DNA of 50,081 nucleotides from a virus (lineage: Duplodnaviria > Heunggongvirae > Uroviricota > Caudoviricetes). The stretch is from the IMG/VR virus record IMGVR_UViG_3300017565_000017, positions 192,779 through 242,859 of that record. One strand, 5' to 3'. A program made the translations under genes and the position numbers. Within the stretch, counting starts at the first letter, position 1, and each line of letters opens with the position of its first letter. Shown here one piece after another: positions 9,936 through 19,067 of this stretch. Under the pieces are notes generated by a model. It did no database searches. It had not been told where the DNA came from and saw nothing but the letters and a program-made list of their open reading frames with translations.

Positions 9936-11255
9936 TTAGTCCGCTGCGAGGTTTTTCACATCCATACTGAAATCTTGATCTGGCTTACGCTCTACATAAT
10001 CTTGATCCACATCGCCAATAGTCGAATACTTGTACTCGATCTTAATCGTAAACGGATAGGCCACTTGGTTCCGGCTCTTGATCTGCTCGATCTTCAAGAT
10101 GCCTTGCTCTTTACTGTCCTTATCCGCCACAAAAATCCAGGCGTTGGACGCGTGCTCCTTAACCGTTTGGCTGTACCGGATTTTGCCGGTATCGTCCACC
10201 TGGGACAACAATATATTTACGCGGTTGTTAAGCTCCGCGTTAATCTTAGCGATACGGGCGACTTTGCCGAGATCCTTCCACTGATCAGGACCATCCGTAC
10301 CTTTCAGGAGGGTAACGTAGTCGATGACCACCACATCACACTGATAGGTGGAAATGGCAGCGTAGGCTTCCTCAATAGTCAAGTCCGAATCAGGCTTAAA
10401 GATAGTGAAACGGCCACCCTTCTTCTTAATGCGACGCACCCACTTCTTGTAGCCTTCCATCAGCTTGTCCTTACCCTCGGTACTCAGCTGATTACCGTTG
10501 ATCTTCAAGCTATCGACCTTGCACGCATTAGCCAGAATACGGGCGGTCATTTCCTTCTTGTTCATTTCGAGCGGCACCAGCAATACTCGGTAGCCCATTT
10601 CCGCCATGTTCATACACAGAGCGGTGGCTACGTGTGACTTACCCGCACCAGAATTACCCCCGATAATAACCAGGGAGCCGCGCATGAAGCCCAAGTTCGT
10701 ATCGTCGAAGGCTTTGATTCCTGTGGGGATAATCTCTGCGTCTGAGCCTTCGTAGATAAGCTCGCGCACAAACTCCATCGAGTTGTTGCTCGTACCAAAG
10801 TGCAGGAATGCGTTGTCCTGGCTTTTGGTCTGGCGGACCTCGACCATCTTCTCGCCAAGCTTCTCCAACAGCTTGTCGGGATCGATCTTATCACCATCCA
10901 GCCCCGTATTAATGTCGTGCATGATCTCATGGAGACCACGCATCTTACGAAACTTGCGCAATATACGTACAGCCTTAGCTGCATCCGTTGCGCTTTCAAT
11001 CGAGTCCGGGGCATCACGCAGAAACTCGCGCGCATCCTTGCTTACACCCGGGTCCTCCAGCAAAATCTTGAGCTTGGGGCTTACACCTTCCTCGGAGATT
11101 GACTGGCGTACATGGTTGTAAATCTCCTTTGACTCCTCTCTATAGAAGTAGGACTCATCGATGGAAGACAAAATCGTACCGACCACAGTACGATCTGAGT
11201 GCAGCATACCGCGCAAAACAGTTAGTTCTGCCTTGGGACTAAAAATCCGTGCCAT
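9936..11255 (-). CDS. dnaB: replicative DnaB-like helicase
   Basis: Walker A GNSGAGKS, LEM, VVIDYVTLL, LLSQ, KSRN. Confidence 0.9.
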   Translation of the reverse strand: MARIFSPKAELTVLRGMLHSDRTVVGTILSSIDESYFYREESKEIYNHVRQSISEEGVSPKLKILLEDPGVSKDAREFLRDAPDSIESATDAAKAVRILRKFRKMRGLHEIMHDINTGLDGDKIDPDKLLEKLGEKMVEVRQTKSQDNAFLHFGTSNNSMEFVRELIYEGSDAEIIPTGIKAFDDTNLGFMRGSLVIIGGNSGAGKSHVATALCMNMAEMGYRVLLVPLEMNKKEMTARILANACKVDSLKINGNQLSTEGKDKLMEGYKKWVRRIKKKGGRFTIFKPDSDLTIEEAYAAISTYQCDVVVIDYVTLLKGTDGPDQWKDLGKVARIAKINAELNNRVNILLSQVDDTGKIRYSQTVKEHASNAWIFVADKDSKEQGILKIEQIKSRNQVAYPFTIKIEYKYSTIGDVDQDYVERKPDQDFSMDVKNLAAD

Positions 11256-11259
11256 AGAT

Positions 11260-11991
11260 CTAGATTACCTCAATAGATTTTTTGACAATACTTTCCGAGA
11301 AGTAGGCAATACCCTGAACAGATTTGAACAGACGCGTGCTCATAAACGATATAGGGTCCTCGCCCGCGCCCACAATAATCTTGGGGATATTGGGGAACCG
11401 CTCGATCAGGTCTTGGGCTTTGCCAATCTTAGACGAGATTGAGTTTACGGCTAGGTTATGAATCACGAGAATAGTAGGCGCACCCAAATTCTCAGAGCGG
11501 GTCATAACGCTAGGTTCTGAGTACCCGCCATATAGAGTTTCCCACACCGGAACGGCGCGGGATCCCAGATGCTTCATGTGGAGATACATCAGGTACGCTG
11601 CAAAATATGCAGCCTTGCTATCGTCAGGGGAACCCGTAACGCAGAAGTTGATTGGAGCGGTCGGGCTCTTAATCCACTGACGTAGGCTATTCCGCTGTAT
11701 ATCCCCAGACATAATGCGGCTATTCAGCCGGTCTGATTCGATAGCAAACGATTGGGGACGGTACTGGAAAGGGGACTGTCGGAATATCCAGCTAGGAACC
11801 ACGGCGCGTAGCACATCGGAATTGAACTTGGCTAGATTAATAGCCTTCGGAAGCTGGATTTCGGGATCCTTGGCTTCCTCGGTAATAACCCGTGGGGCTT
11901 TGGGAGGCTCGGCCTCCTTCGCGACAGGCTTGCGGGGCGGGGTAATCATCTGACCACCCGATCTGCGCCGAACAGGTTTAAGTTCTGTCAT
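11260..11991 (-). CDS. possible degenerate DnaC/IstB-like helicase loader
   Basis: Adjacent to DnaB; CVTGSPDDSKA resembles a decayed Walker A, ILVIHNL a decayed Walker B. Confidence 0.4.
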   Translation of the reverse strand: MTELKPVRRRSGGQMITPPRKPVAKEAEPPKAPRVITEEAKDPEIQLPKAINLAKFNSDVLRAVVPSWIFRQSPFQYRPQSFAIESDRLNSRIMSGDIQRNSLRQWIKSPTAPINFCVTGSPDDSKAAYFAAYLMYLHMKHLGSRAVPVWETLYGGYSEPSVMTRSENLGAPTILVIHNLAVNSISSKIGKAQDLIERFPNIPKIIVGAGEDPISFMSTRLFKSVQGIAYFSESIVKKSIEVI

Positions 11992-12392
11992 AATTGATTT
12001 TCGTAATCCTCTATAATTGAGCTCAGTACTTCTAGAGGTCGGCCTGTCAGAGCGGCGCGCATACCTTGGAGCAGCAGGAGCTTATCCGCAATAGCATGAC
12101 GGTCTTTTGGGCCATTACTTATTAACGCTATGTCGCGTACTGAGAACATATAGAAGGTGAATATGCCAGCCTCCACCTTCGTTGCGCTCAGTACCATGCG
12201 ATCAACAAAGTACCGCAAGATACTGGTGACCTGACCGGTTGTTAGATCCGGGTCAATCTCGCGAATATCCTTGTTGGTAAATGTCCCGGAGCCCTCTGCA
12301 CCGGAATTTTTCTTATACCAGATACGAACAGCCTCCAATACTTTAGTTCGCATTGGAGTCATGCTCAAGCTCATACTCACCTGACTGCTCAT
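11988..12392 (-). CDS. putative winged-helix DNA-binding protein
   Basis: FTNKDIRE..PDLTTGQVTSILRYFVDRMVL wHTH-like pattern. Confidence 0.5.
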   Translation of the reverse strand: MSSQVSMSLSMTPMRTKVLEAVRIWYKKNSGAEGSGTFTNKDIREIDPDLTTGQVTSILRYFVDRMVLSATKVEAGIFTFYMFSVRDIALISNGPKDRHAIADKLLLLQGMRAALTGRPLEVLSSIIEDYENQL

Positions 12393-13990
12393 AACTCGAT
12401 GCTCAATTCTTTGGCCTTACTGGCGCTTTTACCGCTGAGATACGCTTTCAATGTCACTAGGTCTGGGTTGGAAATAGTAGGCTTGAACACCTTCCATATA
12501 CACCCCCACCATTCGTTACGCAAACACGCACGACGAGCGTTAGTGTCATCAAGGAAGATACGGAGCATAGGAGGGGGTTTGTCCTCATAGGGGGTAAGTA
12601 CACGGCTAACCCGCTGCTCGCAGTTCTCCAGATTGGAAGACATTGCAACATCATAGATAGCAGACGCACGCGGGATGTTGACGCCGGTACTCACCAGCTT
12701 GGCACCTCCTACTAGAATCTTCACCTTGTAGGACCGGGCAGCTTGAATGAGGTTCTCGCGCTCCTCACCCTTAACGTTGCCGTAGAACGGATGAGCCAGC
12801 TTCTTACCTGCCAATTTGTTAATCTGCTCGACGATCTTATCAATGGCCTTGACACGGGTCAGGGGAATGATAACCATGTGACCCTGCTCCACATCCTTTA
12901 TAGCCCACTGAGCGATGAGCTTAATGCGCTTCTTATCGTTCTCGAGCTTAGTCACCATGTTGACCCACTGCGCTTTCTTGTTATGGTCAACATACTCGGT
13001 GCGTACCAGACGCACGGTGGGCTTTAGACGCTCGACCTCAGCCTTGAACACAATAGGGCCAATCAGTTGGTGCATGATGGCGTGGCGTTGGTCCTTACGA
13101 GTAGGTGTACCCGATAGTCCCAGAATGTACTCCGCATTAAGCGCGGCCAGAACTTGGCTGAACTTAGGGGCAGCACTCGTATGGACTTCATCCACGATAA
13201 CCACGCTAAACATATTCTTCAGCTTCTTGAGCAGACGCAAGCCATTCTCAGAATACAGGCTCTGAACAGTAGCCAAGCATACGTCATGACGCTGGAAATC
13301 CTCTAGCGTTTTGCAGAAACCCACAGACGCACGCTTCTTGCCACTCTTCCAAAAAGCGCGGCGCTCAGCCGCAGTAACACCGGAGCCAATCGCGTTAGTA
13401 AGAGCAGGCTGAGACGCCGAACCACAAAAAGTTTCATAGAATCCCTTTAGCCATTCGGCCTGAACTGTGACGATAAGAGTCTTCAGACCCAAAGTGCAGG
13501 TAATCGCACTGCCGATAACGGTCTTGCCGCTTCGTGGGGGTGCCTTAATCACACCTTTCTTGGCTGCAATAAATGCGTCGTGGGCCTCCTTCTGGTAGGG
13601 GCCGCGCCATGTTCCGTTGAACTTGATTGGGCGCTTGAAGCGGGTCACCTCGTGGTCAGGGTGTTTGTTAACCCACGTGGGTAACTGCACATCCGTTAGA
13701 ACGCCTGCACGACGCAGGTTACGCACTAAGCCCTTCCGATCCCCCACTGGAAAGCGAATATACGCTTTCTCGTTTATCTTAACGTTCTCAGCCAGCCGTG
13801 CTCCGCCCTGGTAGGCGGCGCAGTTATCGCACACACCTTCCACATGGCGTTCTGGCTGGTATTCACATTTGTCACATGCCTTCTCTTCGTAAAAACGAAA
13901 AGTGTATGCGTCAATAAGTTCCTGACGCGCTTCCCTTCCCTTGATATCCTCTTTACGGATAAAGAATGCTTCACGCTCAAATACTTTCAT
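12389..13990 (-). CDS. superfamily 2 DNA helicase (UvsW/T5 D10-like)
   Basis: APPRSGKT, DEVH, SGT, TGVNIP, QRVSRV; N-terminal CxxC..CxxC. Confidence 0.9.
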   Translation of the reverse strand: MKVFEREAFFIRKEDIKGREARQELIDAYTFRFYEEKACDKCEYQPERHVEGVCDNCAAYQGGARLAENVKINEKAYIRFPVGDRKGLVRNLRRAGVLTDVQLPTWVNKHPDHEVTRFKRPIKFNGTWRGPYQKEAHDAFIAAKKGVIKAPPRSGKTVIGSAITCTLGLKTLIVTVQAEWLKGFYETFCGSASQPALTNAIGSGVTAAERRAFWKSGKKRASVGFCKTLEDFQRHDVCLATVQSLYSENGLRLLKKLKNMFSVVIVDEVHTSAAPKFSQVLAALNAEYILGLSGTPTRKDQRHAIMHQLIGPIVFKAEVERLKPTVRLVRTEYVDHNKKAQWVNMVTKLENDKKRIKLIAQWAIKDVEQGHMVIIPLTRVKAIDKIVEQINKLAGKKLAHPFYGNVKGEERENLIQAARSYKVKILVGGAKLVSTGVNIPRASAIYDVAMSSNLENCEQRVSRVLTPYEDKPPPMLRIFLDDTNARRACLRNEWWGCIWKVFKPTISNPDLVTLKAYLSGKSASKAKELSIEL

Positions 13991-14057
13991 GGGCTATCCT
14001 GCATTTGTACTTACTGTCACAGTATTTACACGGTGAGCCAAGTTCCGCCCCAAAATG

Positions 14058-14084
14058 GAAAAAGCCGCCACGCCGGGGCTTTTA
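14058..14084 (-). terminator. putative intrinsic terminator
   Basis: Minus strand AAAAGCC-CCGGCGTGG-CGGCTTTTT in the intergenic gap. Confidence 0.5.
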
Positions 14085-14151
14085 GGCCAGCCCTCCGGGG
14101 TAGGTGAGGGGTAGGCTTAAAAACGGCGTAGCGGCCCGATTTAAGGCACTG

Positions 14152-14514
14152 CTAGGGGTTGTTTTGATCGGTGCGGGCCACGCGGGGCAAACCGTACTGC
14201 GGATGGTTGAACCAGCGCGGGTCCAGACCTTCTTTGACAACATTCATTTCCCACCAAGGGTATTCCCGTTGAATGAGCGTGACCATGGTGCCTGGATGTA
14301 AGCGTTTTAGATTCTTGAAATTCTCAATCAAGATCTCAGACGACCACGCATAAATCTTCTTCCCGTCGACTTCCGTGCAGAAATTACCCAGGTTTCCAAC
14401 ACCGACCGGCCATGGACCCTCATCTAGAGCCTTGTCGTCCCAATGAATATATTCAACACAGGTCTGCTCGTGAATATGAATATCTGTAATGTGCTTCACT
14501 ACAGCAACTTTCAT
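14152..14514 (-). CDS. hypothetical protein
   Basis: 120-aa ORF, ATGA overlap with upstream gene. Confidence 0.65.
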   Translation of the reverse strand: MKVAVVKHITDIHIHEQTCVEYIHWDDKALDEGPWPVGVGNLGNFCTEVDGKKIYAWSSEILIENFKNLKRLHPGTMVTLIQREYPWWEMNVVKEGLDPRWFNHPQYGLPRVARTDQNNP

Positions 14515-14855
14515 TTTACGATCTCCCGGTCAGCGGGGTTCTTAATGGTAAACAGCTGGACGATCTCCGGTCGTAATGCTTCTGGTATGATATTTGAAGA
14601 GTGAGCCCATTTAGTAAGTTCTGCCTTCACTGTGAGAGCGGCTTCTTTCTTTAGAGCAGCTTCTTCTTGAGAAACCATCGGAGTGTTGGGGAAGAGCGTT
14701 GCGCTCTTAATCTCAATACACATAGGACTTCGGTGTGTCTTCTTCAAGGAGAATCGCACGATACCGCCCGATATGTATAGCTCGCCATGAATAGCAAACG
14801 TCATACGGGTGCCAGTACGCGACTGGCTAATAGAGAAGGATTGGATTTCAATCAC
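14511..14855 (-). CDS. hypothetical protein
   Basis: 114-aa ORF, GTG start with GGAG RBS. Confidence 0.65.
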   Translation of the reverse strand: MIEIQSFSISQSRTGTRMTFAIHGELYISGGIVRFSLKKTHRSPMCIEIKSATLFPNTPMVSQEEAALKKEAALTVKAELTKWAHSSNIIPEALRPEIVQLFTIKNPADREIVK

Positions 14856-14857
14856 TG

Positions 14858-15058
14858 CTACTCCGAGCTATGGGTGTATTCAACAACTTTTCTGGAACAC
14901 AGTAAGCACCGGCGGGTCTGATGATGCTTAACGAGATAGGGCTTAGGATTCTCAGCACCCTCCTCTTCCGGATGAAAGTATTCAAGATCAGGGCCGTCTT
15001 CCCATTGTGACCACAGATGCCATCCTATACCGCACCGAATTGGAGCCCAGAAGCTCAT
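14858..15058 (-). CDS. small Zn-binding hypothetical protein
   Basis: RC.IGWH.W...R.C..C pattern. Confidence 0.6.
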   Translation of the reverse strand: MSFWAPIRCGIGWHLWSQWEDGPDLEYFHPEEEGAENPKPYLVKHHQTRRCLLCSRKVVEYTHSSE

Positions 15059-15585
15059 AGGATTTTACCTTCCTTACCATCGAGCAGACGCAGCACTTCC
15101 ACCATATGCTTCATGGCGAAGCCTGCTTGATCCAAGTCTTTGATAAGCGTATCGATTAGGTCTAAGTGTGAATTGCCCTCTGACATAAACTCTTCAGCCA
15201 AAGCTGTGAGTCTCATTAGGAGGGCCTCTCGCTGATCTTTGGTTCGGTAATCTGCATTGCGCATGTCATCTGCGTAGGCAGTGTACACATAGCGCTTCAG
15301 CGCAGAACTGGCTTCTTTCACATACGAGATATGAATAGACGACCGTACCCGTAACTCAACCAAGCGGCTACGATTAGCCTGCACTTGAGCTAGTGACTCT
15401 AGCAGTGTCTTGGAGCTATACTGCTTCTTGCCATACAGAGTGCGAACCACTAGTCCGGAATGTAGGGAAAGTGCCTCCTGCCGGTCCTTCTCAAAATCCA
15501 CGCGTTCCTGGGCTTCTGTGACAATCTTCTTGAACTTCTTGTATCGAGTATCCGCCCGTATGGCCTGAATTAGCTCGGTTGCCAT
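15055..15585 (-). CDS. helical hypothetical protein
   Basis: 176-aa ORF, AAGGA RBS. Confidence 0.7.
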   Translation of the reverse strand: MATELIQAIRADTRYKKFKKIVTEAQERVDFEKDRQEALSLHSGLVVRTLYGKKQYSSKTLLESLAQVQANRSRLVELRVRSSIHISYVKEASSALKRYVYTAYADDMRNADYRTKDQREALLMRLTALAEEFMSEGNSHLDLIDTLIKDLDQAGFAMKHMVEVLRLLDGKEGKIL

Positions 15586-15954
15586 TTATTGTTCCTTGAA
15601 GAAGGCTTCCACGTAGGGGCTGACCGTAGGTGTGATAGCCAAAGCCGCGTCTTCGTAGTTGTAGATAACGACCCGCTCATCGCGGATAACTGTAGTGTAT
15701 CGGGCTAGATTGTAGCCCTTTGTAGACACAGTCCACAGATAACCGCCGTCGTTATGAATGCGGTAGGGGGATAGGAACGCAAGACCAATTGTAGCGCCAT
15801 TAACACGGAGCTTACTTATGTTGAACGTACATTTCACGTCGATGGGTTCTGGCTCGTATACTGTGCCAATAGCCATGATCTGAAGAGGCAGTACGTGGTA
15901 GTTCCCGATGCGGTAGAATGCACCGGGGTCCAGGGTCATAGGCAACTCGATCAT
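15586..15954 (-). CDS. hypothetical protein
   Basis: 122-aa ORF coupled to the clamp gene. Confidence 0.65.
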   Translation of the reverse strand: MIELPMTLDPGAFYRIGNYHVLPLQIMAIGTVYEPEPIDVKCTFNISKLRVNGATIGLAFLSPYRIHNDGGYLWTVSTKGYNLARYTTVIRDERVVIYNYEDAALAITPTVSPYVEAFFKEQ

Positions 15955-17027
15955 TCCCCATCCTCCTGGTTAAACGCAATCAGAACTGTAGCACCCTTGG
16001 CGGTCTTGCCGACAATAAATGCGTCGCCCACAACCTTGAGGGTAACTTCGGTGCCCGACTTGCGTACTAGCTCATCGAAGTGTTCATAATCAATGGCAAA
16101 TGCTAGGTCAGAGCCCGAGTCGTATGGTAACGATGCCTGAATCTTGCCCGCCTGGGTCTGAATCGACATCCGTAGCTTACCTTCTTCAGCTTTAACTCGC
16201 AGCTCACCGCGCTCTTTAAGAGCAACGGCGCGCGAATTGTCTAGGAACGCAACTAGCTTGTCTTTCGGTACGGTAATATCCTGGCCTTCGATCTTAGCCA
16301 CTTCACGGGCTTTACCCATAACAGCGTCCAGACCAATAGAGTTCTCTTCCAGCGTAGGCAGACTCACACGAGCCCACACTAGGTCCGTGTAGATTTCAAC
16401 ATAGGCATCCGTAACCACCATGTTGAACGCAGCCATGCCCACAGCCTCTAGCACTGCCTGAATAGTGTCCACTGGAACAACAAAGTTAGAACTCCCTTTG
16501 ATAGCTTTATCACGTAGGAAAGACATCCGGGTACGGTCAAAGCACGAAATGAACGCACCCTTATCTGACAAGTGGATACCTACAGGCATGTACGAGCTAA
16601 CCAGAGCCATGGGTCGAATAGCGACATCGCTAATAGCCGAACGTAGCCACGCGGCCTGTTCGGTACTAACTTCAATGGGCGTGTCGGTAGTCCGTGCAAC
16701 GTCGTCCTGTTCCAGAACATCGGAGGTTGCCAACTCTGCCCGGTAAGAGCCGGACTTTACATACAGCATTGTGTTCTTGTACGTAAGCTCCACCGAAGCA
16801 CGGCCTCTGGTGGCATCACGAATGGCGTCTAGTCCGATAGCAAACTGACCTTCACCCTCGACTGTACCCGGCACAACGATGGTGCAGGAGCTCAGTTCAC
16901 TGTAGCTCACAATCTGTGCTCGGCCTTTGCTCAGCCGAAATGTGATAATGCCTTCAGACGGTGCCGCAAGTTTAGATACGGTCTTTATAGCCGACTGAAT
17001 AGATTCGCTTTCTGTTGTAAACTTCAT
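15951..17027 (-). CDS. dnaN: DNA polymerase III beta-type sliding clamp
   Basis: 358 aa (three-domain size); MKFT....I..AI..V start, GTVEGEGQFAI, SCFDRTRMS (cf. ATDGHRL). Confidence 0.75.
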   Translation of the reverse strand: MKFTTESESIQSAIKTVSKLAAPSEGIITFRLSKGRAQIVSYSELSSCTIVVPGTVEGEGQFAIGLDAIRDATRGRASVELTYKNTMLYVKSGSYRAELATSDVLEQDDVARTTDTPIEVSTEQAAWLRSAISDVAIRPMALVSSYMPVGIHLSDKGAFISCFDRTRMSFLRDKAIKGSSNFVVPVDTIQAVLEAVGMAAFNMVVTDAYVEIYTDLVWARVSLPTLEENSIGLDAVMGKAREVAKIEGQDITVPKDKLVAFLDNSRAVALKERGELRVKAEEGKLRMSIQTQAGKIQASLPYDSGSDLAFAIDYEHFDELVRKSGTEVTLKVVGDAFIVGKTAKGATVLIAFNQEDGE

Positions 17028-17041
17028 TCTCGTACCATGAA

Positions 17042-17069
17042 AAATAGGGGGCTTTTATACCCCCTATTT
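17042..17069 (-). terminator. hairpin/terminator between 17075 ORF and clamp gene
   Basis: AAATAGGGGG..CCCCTATTT inverted repeat, T-run on minus strand. Confidence 0.55.
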
Positions 17070-17074
17070 ACGGT

Positions 17075-17932
17075 TTACACCACGGTCATTGTCAGGATAA
17101 CAGGCGTCGTGTTCACGATACCGTTAAGCGAAGCAGTCACCTCGAACTCGAAGACATAATCGCCAGGGGCGACAGTCTCAGTCATACGTAGAATGCGCAC
17201 GGTGTCGAACATAGTGCCACCTCCAGCCACGTACTCAGGGCGTTGCAGAATAGCTGCACGGAACTCACCGCCCGCAGGCTGAGTTACCGTCATAATCTGC
17301 ATAGGAACCCACGTATTGGATCCACCTTGAGTATTCGGCTCGGCACTGAAGATCGATTCTTGGAACAACGTTACCCAATTGAAGTCGAAAAACGTGCATT
17401 GCGGTTGGATAGCCGCGAGGTCCAAACTAACGGCCCAGCGTAGAGTGCCGTCAACCGGATCCGGGGTGGGTGCTGTTGGAGGAACCCAAACAGGGTAGAA
17501 ATCCATACCGTTCAGGAACGAGCCGATAAGCGAACCCGGATCGTACCAATGGCGGCGCAGTCCAGTAGGCGTAGACCAGCGGCTGTAGTAACCCGTCGTC
17601 TCCGGATAAATGAACTCGGAAAATCCGCCCCAGGGCAGCGGCTTGGCTTCTTCATATGTATACGTCACAGCCATGAATTGCTGCGACGGTGGGTAGTCTG
17701 GGGCCGCAGCTTTAGCGGGCAATGTCACGGACTGTATATCAACCGTACCGCCCGCACCGGGTTGGACAACGTAAGTCGTCTCGGTGCCGTCGAATGTGGT
17801 CAGCGGGATAGCAAACATGCCAACCACTTGAAAGGTTGAGTTCTGCACGATACCTACAGGTAGAATGGTCTGCGCACTTGGTGTGTCCAGTGGCAGGCCG
17901 AATTGGGTCTTTGACCCGACGTTAGTAGCCAT
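17075..17932 (-). CDS. hypothetical protein, possibly virion-associated
   Basis: 285 aa, T/P/V/G-rich beta-type composition; GGAGG RBS. Confidence 0.65.
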   Translation of the reverse strand: MATNVGSKTQFGLPLDTPSAQTILPVGIVQNSTFQVVGMFAIPLTTFDGTETTYVVQPGAGGTVDIQSVTLPAKAAAPDYPPSQQFMAVTYTYEEAKPLPWGGFSEFIYPETTGYYSRWSTPTGLRRHWYDPGSLIGSFLNGMDFYPVWVPPTAPTPDPVDGTLRWAVSLDLAAIQPQCTFFDFNWVTLFQESIFSAEPNTQGGSNTWVPMQIMTVTQPAGGEFRAAILQRPEYVAGGGTMFDTVRILRMTETVAPGDYVFEFEVTASLNGIVNTTPVILTMTVV

Positions 17933-17941
17933 TATGGCCTC

Positions 17942-18301
17942 CTATGTTTGTGGGACAACATGAACAGGCACGAATTTCAGCTCCTCACCAGTGCATAGGA
18001 TTACTGCGGGCGGGGGACCTTCGGGCTGCGTTAGTAGGGAAGGGTCTGGGTATTCAACCGTCGGCACATAGCGGACCCCGACAACCGCGTAAGACCACAA
18101 GGCATACGTGTTGAGCTGAGTCGCAATAGCGTCTGGAGTGAACGGTATAAAGAATGACGCTATCGGAGCGGCCACAGCCAAGATATACTCGGCTCTAGTC
18201 GGCTCCTCAAACTGTAATTCTGGGGTCAAGACAAGTGTTTCATCGGGGATGTCGACTTGGGCTGGACCGTCTGGACGAATAATTGTTAGTCGTGACGGCA
18301 T
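17942..18301 (-). CDS. hypothetical protein
   Basis: 119-aa ORF, AAGGAG RBS. Confidence 0.7.
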   Translation of the reverse strand: MPSRLTIIRPDGPAQVDIPDETLVLTPELQFEEPTRAEYILAVAAPIASFFIPFTPDAIATQLNTYALWSYAVVGVRYVPTVEYPDPSLLTQPEGPPPAVILCTGEELKFVPVHVVPQT

Positions 18302-18332
18302 AAGGAACTCCTTAGACTATGGAGATACCCTA

Positions 18333-19064
18333 TTAAACTTTCCCACCCTGTTTCACGACTGAAGACAAAATGTACGAAATGTCGAAAGCCTCGATGCTAA
18401 ACTCGTTAGATAGGTCCTCTATATCCTCACCATCCTTAGCCCGCTCCACCGCTTTGGACAACATCACTGCCTCAGGAGTATTAAGCAGTGTACGAATTGT
18501 ATCGTATTTGAAGTTCGACCGCAGGGTATCACGCATGGAGCTTACGCTTACGCGCCCACCCAGGAACATCACCACTTTGTTCTGGATGATCTTACGCTCT
18601 GCATAAGGGTTAATCTTATAGATCGCTGTAAGAATCTGATTAAGTAAGGAAGGCTTGGAAGCCATGGCGACAAAGTCTTGAATGTCAGGTTCTGTCGACT
18701 TGTATTCCCAATCTTCGTCCATGATACGCAGTGCCTTCTTAAGCACTGACTTTATATCGCGACCCTCTGGTAGAGGGGTAAGGTTAAGGTTAGCCAGAGC
18801 AGGCACCGAATCACAGACAAACAGGATTTGGCGCTCCTTATCAATACGGATGCGCGGCACATCCGCTACCGAATGGGTCACAATAGGCCATGCGGGCTGA
18901 GCAACCGACAAACCATCTGTGTCGTGGCCCCTTAAGGCGTGGCTGTCCTTCGACCAGCCGACAACCGAATGGCTCACGTTAAGCTCGGTGAGGGCCTCGG
19001 TAAGTTGCACGGGAGTCCACCTGGAGACAGCCCACGCCTTAACCACTGTAACTTTCTTTGACAT
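18333..19064 (-). CDS. hypothetical protein
   Basis: 243-aa ORF coupled to SbcC. Confidence 0.7.
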   Translation of the reverse strand: MSKKVTVVKAWAVSRWTPVQLTEALTELNVSHSVVGWSKDSHALRGHDTDGLSVAQPAWPIVTHSVADVPRIRIDKERQILFVCDSVPALANLNLTPLPEGRDIKSVLKKALRIMDEDWEYKSTEPDIQDFVAMASKPSLLNQILTAIYKINPYAERKIIQNKVVMFLGGRVSVSSMRDTLRSNFKYDTIRTLLNTPEAVMLSKAVERAKDGEDIEDLSNEFSIEAFDISYILSSVVKQGGKV

Positions 19065-19067
19065 GCT